50,425 bases of DNA from an uncultured Veillonellaceae bacterium (GTDB taxonomy: Bacteria; Bacillota; Negativicutes; UBA1444). Shown here in pieces: positions 9,699 through 20,900 of this stretch. The position numbers and the translations under genes are program-made. Positions within the stretch are counted from its first letter, which is position 1. Each line of letters starts with the position of its first letter. The stretch spans positions 1 through 50,425 of the forward strand of contig CAYLSL010000003.1 in assembly GCA_964386615.1 (NCBI GenBank). The letters run 5' to 3'. Below the pieces are notes generated by a model that saw nothing but the letters and a program-made list of their open reading frames with translations, searched no databases and was not told the DNA's origin.

Positions 9699-10643
9699 TC
9701 ACATACGTCCAGCGTTTTTTTGACCAAAGAACTTATCCCGGGCCTGTTGCAGGTCCCCATTCATTTGAGCAATCAGGTCCTGCGCGGAAGCAAATGTCTT
9801 CTCTGAACGTAGTCGAGCAATAAACTTCACCGTTAACGGTTTTCCATAGATTTCCCGGTTAAAATCAAGAATATGAGTTTCAACCCTGAGCGGCCCCTGG
9901 ACAAATGTTGGATTATTGCCTACATTACAAAGTCCATTGTAATATCGGGCGCCAACTTTTACCCGAACGACGTAAACACCTTTCCCCGGAATCAAAAGCT
10001 GCGGCGCCACTTGCATGTTCGCTGTGGGAAAACCAAGCGTACGTCCGCGATGATCTCCATGCACAACGCGACCGGTCAATTCAAATGGACGACCTAGCAA
10101 TTTCGCAGCCGCATCGACTTCACCAGCCGCCAGCAAACCACGAATCACCGTGCTGCTGACCATTACGCCCTGTTCATGGATTTCCGGGCAGATTTCAGTG
10201 TCAATGCCATAACGTTGGCAAAGTCCGGTCAACATGGCGGGGTTGCCGGCTCCTTTATCGCCGAAAGAGTAATTCGGCCCCACTACGATATGACGGGGTC
10301 TGATCTTTTTTGCCAACAACTGGACAAAATCTGCCGGTGGCAAATGCAGCAACTCTTTGGTGAAAGGAATCCGCACCAGAACTGTAACGCCCTGTTTTCT
10401 GATTTGTGCAGTTTTTCCTGCCAGCGTCTGTAGTTGCGGCGGCACACGCTGCGGATGAATCACTGACAGTGGGTGGTTGGAAAACGTAAAAACCATGCTG
10501 GCGCCCGAATGGATCTTACTCCACTCTACAGCACGGCCGATAACGAATTGATGGGCCAGATGCACTCCGTCAAAAGTTCCCAGGGCCATGGCAACATTAT
10601 CAAATTGGCAGTGCAGTTGATCTAAACTTGTGATAATCAGCAT
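9699..10643 (-). CDS. ribF: bifunctional riboflavin kinase / FMN adenylyltransferase
   Basis: 314 aa with GTFDGVHLAH and GFPTAN motifs. Overlaps the truB stop by 7 nt. Confidence 0.93.
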   Translation of the reverse strand: MLIITSLDQLHCQFDNVAMALGTFDGVHLAHQFVIGRAVEWSKIHSGASMVFTFSNHPLSVIHPQRVPPQLQTLAGKTAQIRKQGVTVLVRIPFTKELLHLPPADFVQLLAKKIRPRHIVVGPNYSFGDKGAGNPAMLTGLCQRYGIDTEICPEIHEQGVMVSSTVIRGLLAAGEVDAAAKLLGRPFELTGRVVHGDHRGRTLGFPTANMQVAPQLLIPGKGVYVVRVKVGARYYNGLCNVGNNPTFVQGPLRVETHILDFNREIYGKPLTVKFIARLRSEKTFASAQDLIAQMNGDLQQARDKFFGQKNAGRM

Positions 10644-11536
10644 GGTGCACCCATTTCACCTGAAAATATTTTTACCGGCCGTAATAATCCCGTGGCCGCA
10701 TCCAAGCGGCCGATGCCAAAAAAGTTTTGCTGGCAATCATACAATCGAAGTATCAGATCCCGATCGCCCGGCAATTCCGAAACATTCTTCATAATTGGCC
10801 TGCCATGCGTCAAGTGACCGGTTTCCGTCTCATTCAGGGTAAAAGCCGGCAATTCCGAAACCGCAAAGTCTGCAGGCAGTAAAGCCTTGACCGGATCGGC
10901 AGTTATTTCTTCGATCGTTGACGCCTGGTTGGCTGCAAACGGCCCCACACGGGTACGCAACAGCAATGACATGGTGGCCGGCATTCCCAGGCGAAAACCA
11001 ATATCTTCACATAACGTCCGGATATAGGTTCCCTTGGAGCACGTCACTTCAATCGTAAGCCGGCAGTCATGCACGGCCATCAACTTAATCATGGGAATCT
11101 CAATGCGCCGGGGTTGCCGTTCGACTTCTTGCCCCGCCCGGGCCAGTTCATACAATTTTCGGCCGTCAATTTTGATGGCGGAATACATGGGCGGGATTTG
11201 TTCATAGCCGCCCTGGAAGGAGCGGACAATCTCTTCAAGCTGCTGCTTCGCCGGCAATTCAACTGTTTTGTGCTGCAAAACCCTGCCAGTATCATCGCCG
11301 GTGTCCGTTTTGATGCCCAGCAACACTTCCGCGCGATAGGTCTTGTCAAAAGAATCGGCATATTCGACGAGTCTGGTGGCATTGCCCAGATATATCGGCA
11401 ATACTCCTGCCGCTGCCGGATCCAGGGTGCCGCTATGTCCAACTCTTTTTTGCTGATATATGCGACGAACAAAAGAAACCGCATCATGGGAGGTCATCCC
11501 CGGCGGCTTCAAAAAATTCAGCACCGCACTGATCAT
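10637..11536 (-). CDS. truB: tRNA pseudouridine(55) synthase
   Basis: 299 aa with catalytic GHSGTLDPAAAGVLP. ATGA overlap with nrnA. Confidence 0.95.
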   Translation of the reverse strand: MISAVLNFLKPPGMTSHDAVSFVRRIYQQKRVGHSGTLDPAAAGVLPIYLGNATRLVEYADSFDKTYRAEVLLGIKTDTGDDTGRVLQHKTVELPAKQQLEEIVRSFQGGYEQIPPMYSAIKIDGRKLYELARAGQEVERQPRRIEIPMIKLMAVHDCRLTIEVTCSKGTYIRTLCEDIGFRLGMPATMSLLLRTRVGPFAANQASTIEEITADPVKALLPADFAVSELPAFTLNETETGHLTHGRPIMKNVSELPGDRDLILRLYDCQQNFFGIGRLDAATGLLRPVKIFSGEMGAPC

Positions 11537-12492
11537 AACCCGGCTTCCCTCAGGGCTTCCAGTACGCGGGTCAAAACGCGCGGTTTCACTTCATGGATCG
11601 ACCCTTTCAATGTACAGCCGGCTGCTCTGGCATGACCGCCGCCGCCCAATGATCTGGCCAGGTCACTGACATTCAGGCGGCGGGAACGAAAACTAAGTTT
11701 GACGGTTTCTTTTTCTTCGGACGGTTTGTACATGATTGCCACTTCAACACCAGCAATATTACGGGGATAGTCGATGAACCCCTCCGTATCTTCCACATCG
11801 GTTGAGGCCACGCCGGGCGGGACCATGACCGAAGCAACCCGGCCGCAGCTGGAAACCTCCAGTGTGTCAAGCACTTTGGATAATGCCGTAATTTTGGACA
11901 AAGGCATCGTCTGCAATTGTTCCGATATTGTGTGAGGCTCCGCGCCATAGCCGACAAGCCGCGCTGCCGCATAAAGAGTCTGCGCATCGGTATTGGCGTA
12001 ACGAAAGAATCCGCAGTCGGTTGCGATCGCAGTATAAAGACAAGTTGCCATTTCTTTTGTCACGGTACCATCGGCTTCTTCAAGCATCCTAAGGATGATG
12101 ATTCCCGTTGCTGCAGCTGTTTCATCGACCACTGTCAAATCAGCAAAATCAGAGTTGGACAGATGATGGTCAATATTCAGGCTGCGCCCCCGGTAGTTAT
12201 GCCCCGCACTACCGGTACGACTCGCATCACCTGCATCGAGCACAACAAACAAATCGACTTGCTGCGGTGATGACGGTGGACGAACAATCTTGTCAAGATG
12301 AGGTAAAAAAGAATACATCACCGGCAGACTATCGTCCAGCCACATCTGGACCTGCACTCCACGGCGTTGCAGGAATAAATACAGGGCTATCATTGATCCC
12401 AAAGCATCGCCATCGGGATTAATATGAGTAGTCAGTACAACCGAACGGGCCCGGGCCAGTTCGCGCAACGCATCGCTGGACGTCCCCCGCAT
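11533..12492 (-). CDS. nrnA: DHH/DHHA1 phosphoesterase (NrnA-like oligoribonuclease/pAp phosphatase)
   Basis: 319 aa with HINPDGDALGS, NIDHH and GGGHARAAG motifs. Confidence 0.85.
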   Translation of the reverse strand: MRGTSSDALRELARARSVVLTTHINPDGDALGSMIALYLFLQRRGVQVQMWLDDSLPVMYSFLPHLDKIVRPPSSPQQVDLFVVLDAGDASRTGSAGHNYRGRSLNIDHHLSNSDFADLTVVDETAAATGIIILRMLEEADGTVTKEMATCLYTAIATDCGFFRYANTDAQTLYAAARLVGYGAEPHTISEQLQTMPLSKITALSKVLDTLEVSSCGRVASVMVPPGVASTDVEDTEGFIDYPRNIAGVEVAIMYKPSEEKETVKLSFRSRRLNVSDLARSLGGGGHARAAGCTLKGSIHEVKPRVLTRVLEALREAGL

Positions 12493-12494
12493 GC

Positions 12495-12851
12495 TTACAA
12501 CTTCCTTTCTGGTGTTTGCAAACCGAGTAGTAGTTTTTGAATATGGTCGCTATTATCCAGTGAATTGTCGCGATGCAGCGACAATTCAGGAGTATGGCGG
12601 ATTCCCAGCCGACGGCCGACTTCAGTGCGCAAAAATCCCAATGAGTGTTGTAATCCGTCCCAAGTATCCTTTTTCTGTTGCTCGGATCCCATCAGGCTGA
12701 CATATACTTTCGCCGAACGAAGGTCGCCGGTTACTTCGACACCGGTCACTGTAACAAATCCAACCCGCGGATCCTTCAACCCGTTTAATATGATTTTGCT
12801 CAATTCCTGCTGAATAAATTCCTGTATTTTTTCAATACGTTGTTGTCCCAT
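12495..12851 (-). CDS. rbfA: ribosome-binding factor A
   Basis: 118 aa with ...DPRVGFVTVTGVEVTGDLRSAKVYVS. Confidence 0.93.
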   Translation of the reverse strand: MGQQRIEKIQEFIQQELSKIILNGLKDPRVGFVTVTGVEVTGDLRSAKVYVSLMGSEQQKKDTWDGLQHSLGFLRTEVGRRLGIRHTPELSLHRDNSLDNSDHIQKLLLGLQTPERKL

Positions 12852-12882
12852 ACTGGTTCACCTCTCTTTTCCCCTTGAATTA

Positions 12883-15666
12883 TCAGCGGGGGATCTGCTC
12901 CATGATGAAGGCTTCGACAATATCGCCTTCCTTGATATCGCGGTATTTCTCAAGGGTTATGCCGCACTCGTAACCGGCGGCAACTTCCTTGACATCATCT
13001 TTGAAGCGGCGCAGCGAGTCGAGTTTGCCTTCAAAAACAACAACCCCGTTCCGTAACAGGCGAACTTGCGCCGTACTGGTGATTTTTCCTTCCAGCACAT
13101 ACGATCCCGCCACCACACCTTTGGGAATGTTGAATACCTGACGGATTTCCACCCGGCCAAGGACAACTTCACGAAACTCTGGCGCCAGCATGCCGGTCAT
13201 GGCCGCTTCTACATCATTGATCGCATCATAAATGACCCGATACATCTTAATATCGACTTTTTCATTCTCTGCCGCCTTACGGGCATTCGCATCCGGACGC
13301 ACATTAAACCCGATGATCAGAGCATTGGCGGCAGATGCCAGCATAACGTCAGATTCATTGATCGCGCCGACTCCGCTATGAACCACCATAACCCGGACTT
13401 CTTTGTTTTTCAATCCTTCCAGTGCTTGGCGCAACGCTTCAATGGACCCTTGTACATCGGCCTTGACGACCAAATTGAGGTCCTTGATTTCACCGGCTTG
13501 AATCTGCTGGAACAAATCTTCCAGCGTAACTTTTTGCGATTGCGAAATAGCGTCGGCCTTGTTTTTCGCCAAACGTTTTTCTGTAATCGAGCGAGCCGTC
13601 TTTTCATCCACTGCAGCCAAAATATCGCCGGCTTGCGGAACGTCGGACAGGCCAATGACTTCTACCGGCGTCGAGGGGCCGGCTTTTTTGACTTTTTCAC
13701 CACGGTCGTTGGTCATGGCGCGAACCTTGCCAAAAGCAGTGCCGGCAATAATCGTGTCGCCCACCCGCAGCGTACCGTTCTGAACCAAAACAGTAGCCAC
13801 CGGCCCTTTGCCTTTATCAAGTTCTGCCTCAACAATCGTTCCCAGTGCCGGTCGATTGGGATTTGCCTTCAAATCCTGTACTTCAGCAACCAGCAGGATC
13901 ATTTCCAGCAAATCACTGATGCCTGTGCGCTTTACTGCAGACACCGGTACCATGATCGTATCGCCGCCCCAAGCTTCAGCAACCAGACCATACTCGGTCA
14001 ATTGCTGCTGAATCCGGTCCGGATTGGCATCCGGTTTATCCATTTTATTAATCGCCACAATAATAGGAACCTTGGCCGCTTTTGCATGATTCAGCGCCTC
14101 GATTGTTTGCGGCATGACCCCGTCATCGGCGGCAACGACCAGGACGGCAATATCCGTAACCTGGGCGCCCCGGGCCCGCATTGAGGTAAATGCTTCATGA
14201 CCCGGCGTATCAAGAAATACAATCTTCTTGCCTTGCTGCACCACTTGATATGCACCGATGTGCTGGGTAATTCCGCCGGCTTCCTGTGATGTTACATGCG
14301 TCTGGCGAATTGCATCCAGCAACGAGGTTTTACCATGATCAACGTGACCCATGACGGTGACCACCGGAGACCGATGAACCAGCGATGCCGGATCATCTTC
14401 GATTTCCGGAATCACGGTCGGATCGACTTCTGGCGGCAGTTCTTCGACAGTAACGCCAAATTCGGCAGCAATCAGGCTGGCGGTATCGAAATCGACTTCC
14501 TGGTTGATAGTGGCCATCACGCCAAGCATCATCAATTTTTTGATGACTTCATTGACTTCCCGGCCAAGTTTGATCGCCAGTTCTTTTACGGAAAGCGACT
14601 CACCCACTTTGATAAGGGTCGGCCTTACCGGTTCTTGCTTAACGGCTGCCGGCGCAGGAGCTGATGGACGCCTTGCCGCTGATCCCGGCCTTGACTGTTG
14701 TCCTTGCATCGGCGGTTTGTTGAAACCAGGGCGATTTCCGGCTGGTGACGGTTTGCCGCCACCCTGGCGCCGGTCATTTTTCTGTCCGGGCCCTGGTTTT
14801 GCTGCAGCCGCCGGCGGAGTTGCGTTCGCCCCACCCATCGGACGGGCGCCGGGCGCCGGACGGCCTTGCCCAGGATTAGCCGGCCTGTTAAATGCTGGAC
14901 GTTGTTGTTCTACACCGGTTGTTTGATTGTTGCCGGTACTAACTTTAGCGGAAGTCCCAGCCTGGCCCGGACGATTTTCAAATGAACGGGGCACAAAAGC
15001 CGGCGCAGGTTGCCGAATCACGTTATTCGGGTTAAACGGCGGAGCCGCTTTAAACGGATAATGTGGAGCCGGCGCTGCCGGCGTTGCAGCGGGCTTGGCA
15101 GGCGCCACGGCAGGCGTCGGAGAGGCTGGCCGGGAAGGAACCGCCGGATTCGCCGGCGCTGTTGGTTTCACTGCAGCCGCTGAAATCGGCGGCTGGGAAC
15201 TCGTTGTTGAAGCCGGAGCTGGTTTTTCCGTTTCAGGTTTAGCAACCGGTACTGGAGGTTTCACCGGCGTGACAGGTTGTTGCACATTTGCCATACCAGG
15301 CTTGGGACGTGAATCAATTGGGCGTTGTTGTTGTGGCGCGGAACTTTGTTCAAAGCGAGGTTTGACCGGAATTCTCGGCTGCATGCCGCCGCCATAAAAT
15401 ACCTTAGGCGGCGCAGGTGGCGCCTTGGGAGGCTCAACCTTTGGCGCTGGCGTTACTGCTGCCGCTTTTTTCCGTTGCCGCTCACGAATCTCTTCCGCGG
15501 TATCAGGCTTTGGGGCAAAGGTCCGGACGAGCACCTGATACGCTTCTTCCTCAATGCTTGCCATGTGATTTTTCGCCGGCATATTATTGCGGGCCAAAAT
15601 ATCCAGAATTAATTTACTTGAAGTTGTAAATTCTTTTGCCAGTTCATATACACGATATTTGGACAT
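12883..15666 (-). CDS. infB: translation initiation factor IF-2
   Basis: [13 protein letters not shown] start at ATG 15666 with GGAGG upstream. G-domain motifs [20 protein letters not shown] and NKMD. Long Pro/Ala-rich N-terminal region. Confidence 0.95.
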   Translation of the reverse strand: MSKYRVYELAKEFTTSSKLILDILARNNMPAKNHMASIEEEAYQVLVRTFAPKPDTAEEIRERQRKKAAAVTPAPKVEPPKAPPAPPKVFYGGGMQPRIPVKPRFEQSSAPQQQRPIDSRPKPGMANVQQPVTPVKPPVPVAKPETEKPAPASTTSSQPPISAAAVKPTAPANPAVPSRPASPTPAVAPAKPAATPAAPAPHYPFKAAPPFNPNNVIRQPAPAFVPRSFENRPGQAGTSAKVSTGNNQTTGVEQQRPAFNRPANPGQGRPAPGARPMGGANATPPAAAAKPGPGQKNDRRQGGGKPSPAGNRPGFNKPPMQGQQSRPGSAARRPSAPAPAAVKQEPVRPTLIKVGESLSVKELAIKLGREVNEVIKKLMMLGVMATINQEVDFDTASLIAAEFGVTVEELPPEVDPTVIPEIEDDPASLVHRSPVVTVMGHVDHGKTSLLDAIRQTHVTSQEAGGITQHIGAYQVVQQGKKIVFLDTPGHEAFTSMRARGAQVTDIAVLVVAADDGVMPQTIEALNHAKAAKVPIIVAINKMDKPDANPDRIQQQLTEYGLVAEAWGGDTIMVPVSAVKRTGISDLLEMILLVAEVQDLKANPNRPALGTIVEAELDKGKGPVATVLVQNGTLRVGDTIIAGTAFGKVRAMTNDRGEKVKKAGPSTPVEVIGLSDVPQAGDILAAVDEKTARSITEKRLAKNKADAISQSQKVTLEDLFQQIQAGEIKDLNLVVKADVQGSIEALRQALEGLKNKEVRVMVVHSGVGAINESDVMLASAANALIIGFNVRPDANARKAAENEKVDIKMYRVIYDAINDVEAAMTGMLAPEFREVVLGRVEIRQVFNIPKGVVAGSYVLEGKITSTAQVRLLRNGVVVFEGKLDSLRRFKDDVKEVAAGYECGITLEKYRDIKEGDIVEAFIMEQIPR

Positions 15667-15691
15667 TACATCGCCTCCAATACGTTCTCCG

Positions 15692-16006
15692 TCAACCGTT
15701 CTTATTCGCGAGCAACTTCCTGATTGCTGCCGCAAATCCTTTGTCGGTAACGGCGAGAGCAGCTTTTGGACTTTTGCCTACGGCTGTTCCCATTTGCAAT
15801 TTTGTCAATGCATCGAGTGTAGGGGTCTCAGTCTGCATTGTTATGGCATCAAGACGTTTCTTTGTTTCCGGCGCCGTATCCACTGCAACCAAAAGCAGTT
15901 GGCAACGTCCCGACAACAGGGCTTTTTCAGTTTGCATCGCCCCCGACGCAATCGCGCCTGCCCGATGGGCCAGCCCAATCAACCCTACAAGCTTATCTTC
16001 CGTCAT
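15692..16006 (-). CDS. ylxQ: L7Ae-family RNA-binding protein (YlxQ)
   Basis: 104 aa between ylxR and inf[13 protein letters not shown]... is L7Ae-like. ATGA overlap with ylxR. Confidence 0.85.
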   Translation of the reverse strand: MTEDKLVGLIGLAHRAGAIASGAMQTEKALLSGRCQLLLVAVDTAPETKKRLDAITMQTETPTLDALTKLQMGTAVGKSPKAALAVTDKGFAAAIRKLLANKNG

Positions 16007-16272
16007 GAGGGATCCGACTGTTTTAACAACAGTTCATATATCGCCGCAGGCACCGCTGTTTTTAAAGCTCTTTCCAGTCCCTTGCCGACCATTGCCCGCT
16101 TGATGCAATCCGGATTCTTACACACATATCCGCCGCGGCCGGCCGCTTTTCCCGTTGGATCAAGCACAACTGCGCCATCCGGCGTCCGAACCACACGGGT
16201 CATGGTTTTTTTGTCATGAAAAGACTGACACCCACTGCACAGTCGTTGGGGCACCTTCTTTTGCTTGATCAT
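16003..16272 (-). CDS. ylxR: YlxR/DUF448 family RNA-binding protein
   Basis: 89 aa with RLCSGCQ...GRGGYVC signature. ATGA overlap with nusA. Confidence 0.88.
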   Translation of the reverse strand: MIKQKKVPQRLCSGCQSFHDKKTMTRVVRTPDGAVVLDPTGKAAGRGGYVCKNPDCIKRAMVGKGLERALKTAVPAAIYELLLKQSDPS

Positions 16273-17330
16273 GACTCGTCGGTCGCGTCCTGCATCATCA
16301 GGGCCTGCGTCTCACTCTTGATATCTATTTTCCAACCGGTCAATTTGGCAGCAAGACGAGCATTCTGCCCCTCACGGCCAATCGCCAGGGAAAGTTGGTA
16401 ATCCGGCACAATAACCCGTGAAGATTTGTCTGCTTCATACACTTCCACGGCAATGACCTTAGCTGGGCTTAGCGCATTGGCGATGTATTCCTCGGGATTC
16501 TCACTCCAACGGACAACATCAATTTTTTCCCCGCGCAATTCGTTAACGATCATCTGGACGCGCAGGCCTTTATGGCCGACGCATGAACCTACCGGATCCA
16601 CATTTTCGTCGGCGGAATGAACGGCGATTTTGGAACGCAGACCGGGTTCACGAGCCACTGACTTGATTTCAACAACTCCGTCATGAATTTCCGGCACTTC
16701 CAATTCAAACAACCGCCGCAACAGTCCGGGATGCGTGCGTGACAACATGATTTGCGGCCCTTTGGGCAACTTCTTAACTTCCACGACATAGGCTTTGATC
16801 CGCTCGCCATAGCGATACGGTTCACCGCTGATCTGTTCGGTTGGCGGCAATACAGCCTCGGCTTTGCCTAAGTCGACAAAAACCTGACGTTGCTCAATCC
16901 GCTGCACCACACCGGTAACGATGTCGTTCTCACGATTGGAGTACTCATCATAGACGAGACTCCGCTCCGCTTCACGAATCCGCTGCACCACGACCTGTTT
17001 GGCATTCTGGGCGGCAATCCGGCCAAAATCCTTCGGCGTGACTTCCTGTTCCACGATATCGCCGATCTGAAAAGCGAGATCAATTTCTTTGGCTGCTGCC
17101 AGCGATATCTCCTGTTTGCTGTCCGTAACGGTTTCCACTACATCTTTGCGGGCAAAAACCTTGATGGCGCCAGTTTCCCGGTCCATCGACACCCGCACGT
17201 TCTGAGACGTGCCAAAATTCCTTTTGTACGCCGAAATCAGGGCTGCTTCAACAGCTTCAAACAGGACTTCGGCAGCAATACCCCGTTCCCGTGCCAACTG
17301 TTCAAATGCTGATAAAAGTTCTGTACTCAC
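16269..17330 (-). CDS. nusA: transcription termination/antitermination factor NusA
   Basis: 353 aa with GTG start after AGGAGG. S1 plus two KH domains ([22 protein letters not shown]). Confidence 0.95.
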   Translation of the reverse strand: MSTELLSAFEQLARERGIAAEVLFEAVEAALISAYKRNFGTSQNVRVSMDRETGAIKVFARKDVVETVTDSKQEISLAAAKEIDLAFQIGDIVEQEVTPKDFGRIAAQNAKQVVVQRIREAERSLVYDEYSNRENDIVTGVVQRIEQRQVFVDLGKAEAVLPPTEQISGEPYRYGERIKAYVVEVKKLPKGPQIMLSRTHPGLLRRLFELEVPEIHDGVVEIKSVAREPGLRSKIAVHSADENVDPVGSCVGHKGLRVQMIVNELRGEKIDVVRWSENPEEYIANALSPAKVIAVEVYEADKSSRVIVPDYQLSLAIGREGQNARLAAKLTGWKIDIKSETQALMMQDATDES

Positions 17331-17341
17331 CTAGACGCCTC

Positions 17342-17821
17342 CTAAGCCTTTTTTTTGCCTTTACCCATGTCTACATGCAAACGAACCTGTGCAACTTCAT
17401 CTTGCGGATAAGATATCTCTTTGCCTTTGCTTTCGGCGCAAATTGCGCCATCCTGCAACCCTTTTAAGGTTGCCGTGATTTCCTTTACCCCTTCCCGCGG
17501 TCGATAAAATTTAATATCGACCAATCTGCCGGCATACCGCACATAATCCTTTTCCCGACGTAACACCCTATCCAATCCAGGCGAAGATACTTCCAGATAA
17601 TACGCCTGTTTGAGAAAATCGACTTCATCAAGAATCGGTTCCAGACTTCGGCTCAGTTGCTCGCAATCATCGATCCCGATGCCTCCCGGCTTATCGATGA
17701 AAATTCGCAAATACCAATCCCGTTCCTGGACATATTCGACATCGATCAGTTCCAGCGATGTTTCGGCTAAAAACGGTTCAACCAACAACGAAATCTTGTC
17801 TTCAATTTCTGTTCGTGTCAT
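17342..17821 (-). CDS. rimP: ribosome maturation factor RimP
   Basis: MTRTEIEDKI start at ATG 17821 with GGAGG 9 nt upstream. The track start at 17884 lies inside the promoter/leader. Confidence 0.9.
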   Translation of the reverse strand: MTRTEIEDKISLLVEPFLAETSLELIDVEYVQERDWYLRIFIDKPGGIGIDDCEQLSRSLEPILDEVDFLKQAYYLEVSSPGLDRVLRREKDYVRYAGRLVDIKFYRPREGVKEITATLKGLQDGAICAESKGKEISYPQDEVAQVRLHVDMGKGKKKA

Positions 17822-17844
17822 CGGACACAACCTCCAAATTACGC

Positions 17845-17873
17845 GGAAAGAGTGGGCAGTACCCACTCTTTCC
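17845..17873 (-). promoter_or_regulatory. perfect 12-bp stem-loop in the rimP-nusA-infB leader
   Basis: GGAAAGAGUGGG-UACUG-CCCACUCUUUCC lies between the predicted promoter and the rimP RBS, with no U-tract. Confidence 0.5.
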
Positions 17874-17898
17874 CCAGCTTTCACAATTCTACGATATG

Positions 17899-17927
17899 AT
17901 TATAGCACCTCATAATCCAATTTACAA
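17899..17927 (-). promoter_or_regulatory. sigma-A type promoter of the rimP-nusA-infB operon
   Basis: Minus strand has TTGTAA (17927-17922), a 17-nt spacer and an extended -10 TGcTATAAT (TATAAT = 17904-17899). Confidence 0.6.
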
Positions 17928-17961
17928 CAGTATAGCGACAAAAAACCAGTCAGCACAGCCG

Positions 17962-20900
17962 TTAACCAAACAACTGCATCTGATCCGACTCTGGCAGCGA
18001 ATCCAGACAACCTTGCTGCCGCAGCAGTTCGATAATCGTCTTCGATACATGTCCGCGGATACGCAGGTCATCCTGCGAAGAAAATGGACGATCTGCCCTG
18101 CTGTCAACGATACTCTGGGCCGCTGCGGTCCCCAGCCCCGGTAGTGCAGCCAGAGGGGGCAACAATCCTTTTTCAACGATCAAAAACTCTGATGCATGAG
18201 AACGATACAGGTCGATCGGCAAAAATGAAAACCCGCGTAATACCATTTCTCTAGCCGTCTCCATGACGCCAATCATTGCTTTTTCCTTATGACTCGCTCC
18301 GTTTCCTTTACTGTCCAGTTCGCTGATCACTGCATTAATTCCCGCTTCACCGCGGATAACTGCCGCCGGATCAAAATCTTCGGCCCGGATCGTGAAATAG
18401 GCCGCATAAAAAGCCAACGGTCGATGAACCTTGAACCAGGCAATGCGAAATGCCATCATCACATACGCAACGGCATGCGCCTTCGGGAACATATATTTGA
18501 TTTTTTGGCAAGACTGGATGAACCATTCGGGAACGCCTTTTTCCTGCATCGCCTGCACTTGATTCGGCTTAACGCCTTTTCCCTTGCGTACGTTCTCCAT
18601 GATATCAAATGCCATTTTGGGCGCCACACCCTTGTGCATCAAAGTCACCATGATATCATCGCGTGCCGAGATTGCCTCTGACAATGTTGCCAGTTTATCA
18701 CGAATCAGATCTTGCGCATTGTTGATCCAGACATCGGTCCCGTGTGAAAATCCGCTGATCCGGACCAGTTCACTGAATCGCTTGGGCCGGGTTTCCTCCA
18801 GCATCTGGCGAACAAACCGCGTGCCGAACTCCGGGATGCCCAATGTTGCCACCGGACTTTTTAACTGGGCGGCAGTCAAGCCCAGTGCTTCCGTGGAATA
18901 AAACAGGCTCATTGTCGCCTGATCATCGAAAGGGATCTGTTTTGCATCAAGTCCGGTCAAGCGCTCGAGCATTTTTATGACAGTAGGATCGTCATGGCCA
19001 AGAATATCCAGTTTAACCAAGCGGCTACTGATGGAATGATAATCAAAATGCGTGGTTACGGTTCCGGATGTCCGATCATCCGCCGGATGTTGAATCGGCG
19101 TAAAATGGTGCACATCCATATGCCGCGGCACAACCATGATTCCGCCAGGATGTTGGCCGGTTGTTTTTTTGACGCCGGCGCAACCGCGGACCAGTCGGTT
19201 GATATTGGCATTGGTCCCGGGCTGTTTCCGTTCTTCCAGATAGTTCGCCACATAACCGTAAGCGGTTTTTTCAGCAATCGTACTGATCGTACCGGCTCTA
19301 AATACATTGTCGCGGCCAAACAGTTCTTCGGTGTATTTATGCGCTGTTGCCTGATAATCACCGGAAAAATTCAAGTCGATATCAGGAACCTTATCGCCTT
19401 CAAACCCCATAAATACGGCAAAAGGAATATTGTGGCCATCTTTGGTCATCGCCGTCGCACAAACCGGGCAGTCCTTGTCCGGCAGATCAAATCCGCCGCC
19501 ATATTGTCCTTCGTCGGCGAATTCGCTGTACCGACATGCAGTGCATCGCCAGTGCGGCGGCAAAGGATTTACTTCCGTGATGCCGGTCATCGTAGCCACA
19601 AAAGAAGAGCCGACCGATCCCCGGGAACCGACCAGATAGCCATCATCCATTGATTTTTTTACCAATTTATGAGCAATCAGGTACAGTACGCCGAAGCCAT
19701 TATTGATGATTGAGTCCAGCTCATTTGTCAGCCGGTCGGCAACCAGGGCGGGAAGCGCCTCGCCATAAAGCTCACGGGCCTTGGCAAACGACATATTGCG
19801 GATTGAATCGTCCGCACCGGGGATATCGGGAGAATAAAGCTCATCAGGAATCGGCTGCAACCGTTCAATGGAATCAGCTATTTGTCGCGGCGCATTAATG
19901 ACGACTTCAGTTGCCAGTTCTTCTCCCAAATAGGCAAATTCAGCCAACATTTCTTCCGTGTTGCGATAGTAAAGCGGCGCCTGCAAATCGGCATCCGCAT
20001 ATTTTTGCCCACTCATCAGAATACGCCGGAACACCTCATCTTCCGGTCGCAAAAAATGCACGTCGCACGTTGCGGCAACCGGTTTTCCACTGAGCCTGCC
20101 AATCTCGCATACCTTCCGGTTATATTCCTGCAACTGCTCAAGATCAAACACTTGCCCATTGCGAATCAAAAACTCATTGTTGGCGCAGGGTTGTATTTCC
20201 AGAAAATCATAAAATGCAGCAATATCGAGCAGTTCGTCATTAGGAGCCCCATTTAATATTGCCCGGTAAAATTCACCGGCTTCACAGGCAGATCCCAGCA
20301 CCAATCCCTCGCGAAGCTCAATCAGCGCGGAACGAGGAATGCGTGGCGTTCGATGGAAGAATTTAATATGGGAAAGTGAAACCAAGCGGTAAAGGTTGCG
20401 CAATCCCTGTGAGTTTTTCGCCAAAATGATAATGTGATTGCTCTGACTGATATCCTGATCAAACAGGTAGCCTTCCATACCATAAATAACTTTCACTTTA
20501 CTTTTTTGCACAATTTCCTGAGCGAACGGAAACGCCTGTACCACTCCGTGGTCGGTAATGGCTACTGCGCTATGACCATACTGCTCGGCAGTACGAATCA
20601 GGGCCGCGACCGACACGACCGAATCCATTGAGCTCATCTGCGTATGGGCGTGCAGCTCCACCCGTTTTTTCTCCGCTTTATCGCGCAACGGCTCCGCTTC
20701 GCTGCGGGATATATGTTCCGCCTGCAGGACCAACTCACGCAGATACTTGTCATCCATTACTGTCCCCTTGACTTTAATCAGGGAGTTGCCGGCCTTCATC
20801 AATTCCATCTTTTTATTTGCTTCGGCAGAGTTTTCGAAATACGCTTTGCAGCTAATCGCACAGGTCGAGTCTTCCAAAGCGAATGACAATAAGCTGCGAC

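Noticed and set aside
13066-14184. 372-aa plus-strand ORF
   Set aside because: Antisense to the infB G-domain region. It has no motifs or RBS, and infB coding here is certain.
14623-15516. Quasi-repetitive GC-rich DNA that could be mistaken for a tandem repeat or CRISPR-like array
   Set aside because: There are no exact direct repeats with unique spacers. The periodicity comes from Pro/Ala codons inside the intact infB frame.
15667-15735. N-terminal extensions offered by the ORF track (infB to 15735, and likewise rpsB to 31583, rimP to 17884, dut to 5843, aspartokinase to 3134, pnp to 9183)
   Set aside because: In each case an internal ATG gives the canonical family N-terminus and has a well-spaced SD. 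The extension overlaps an upstream gene, promoter or leader.
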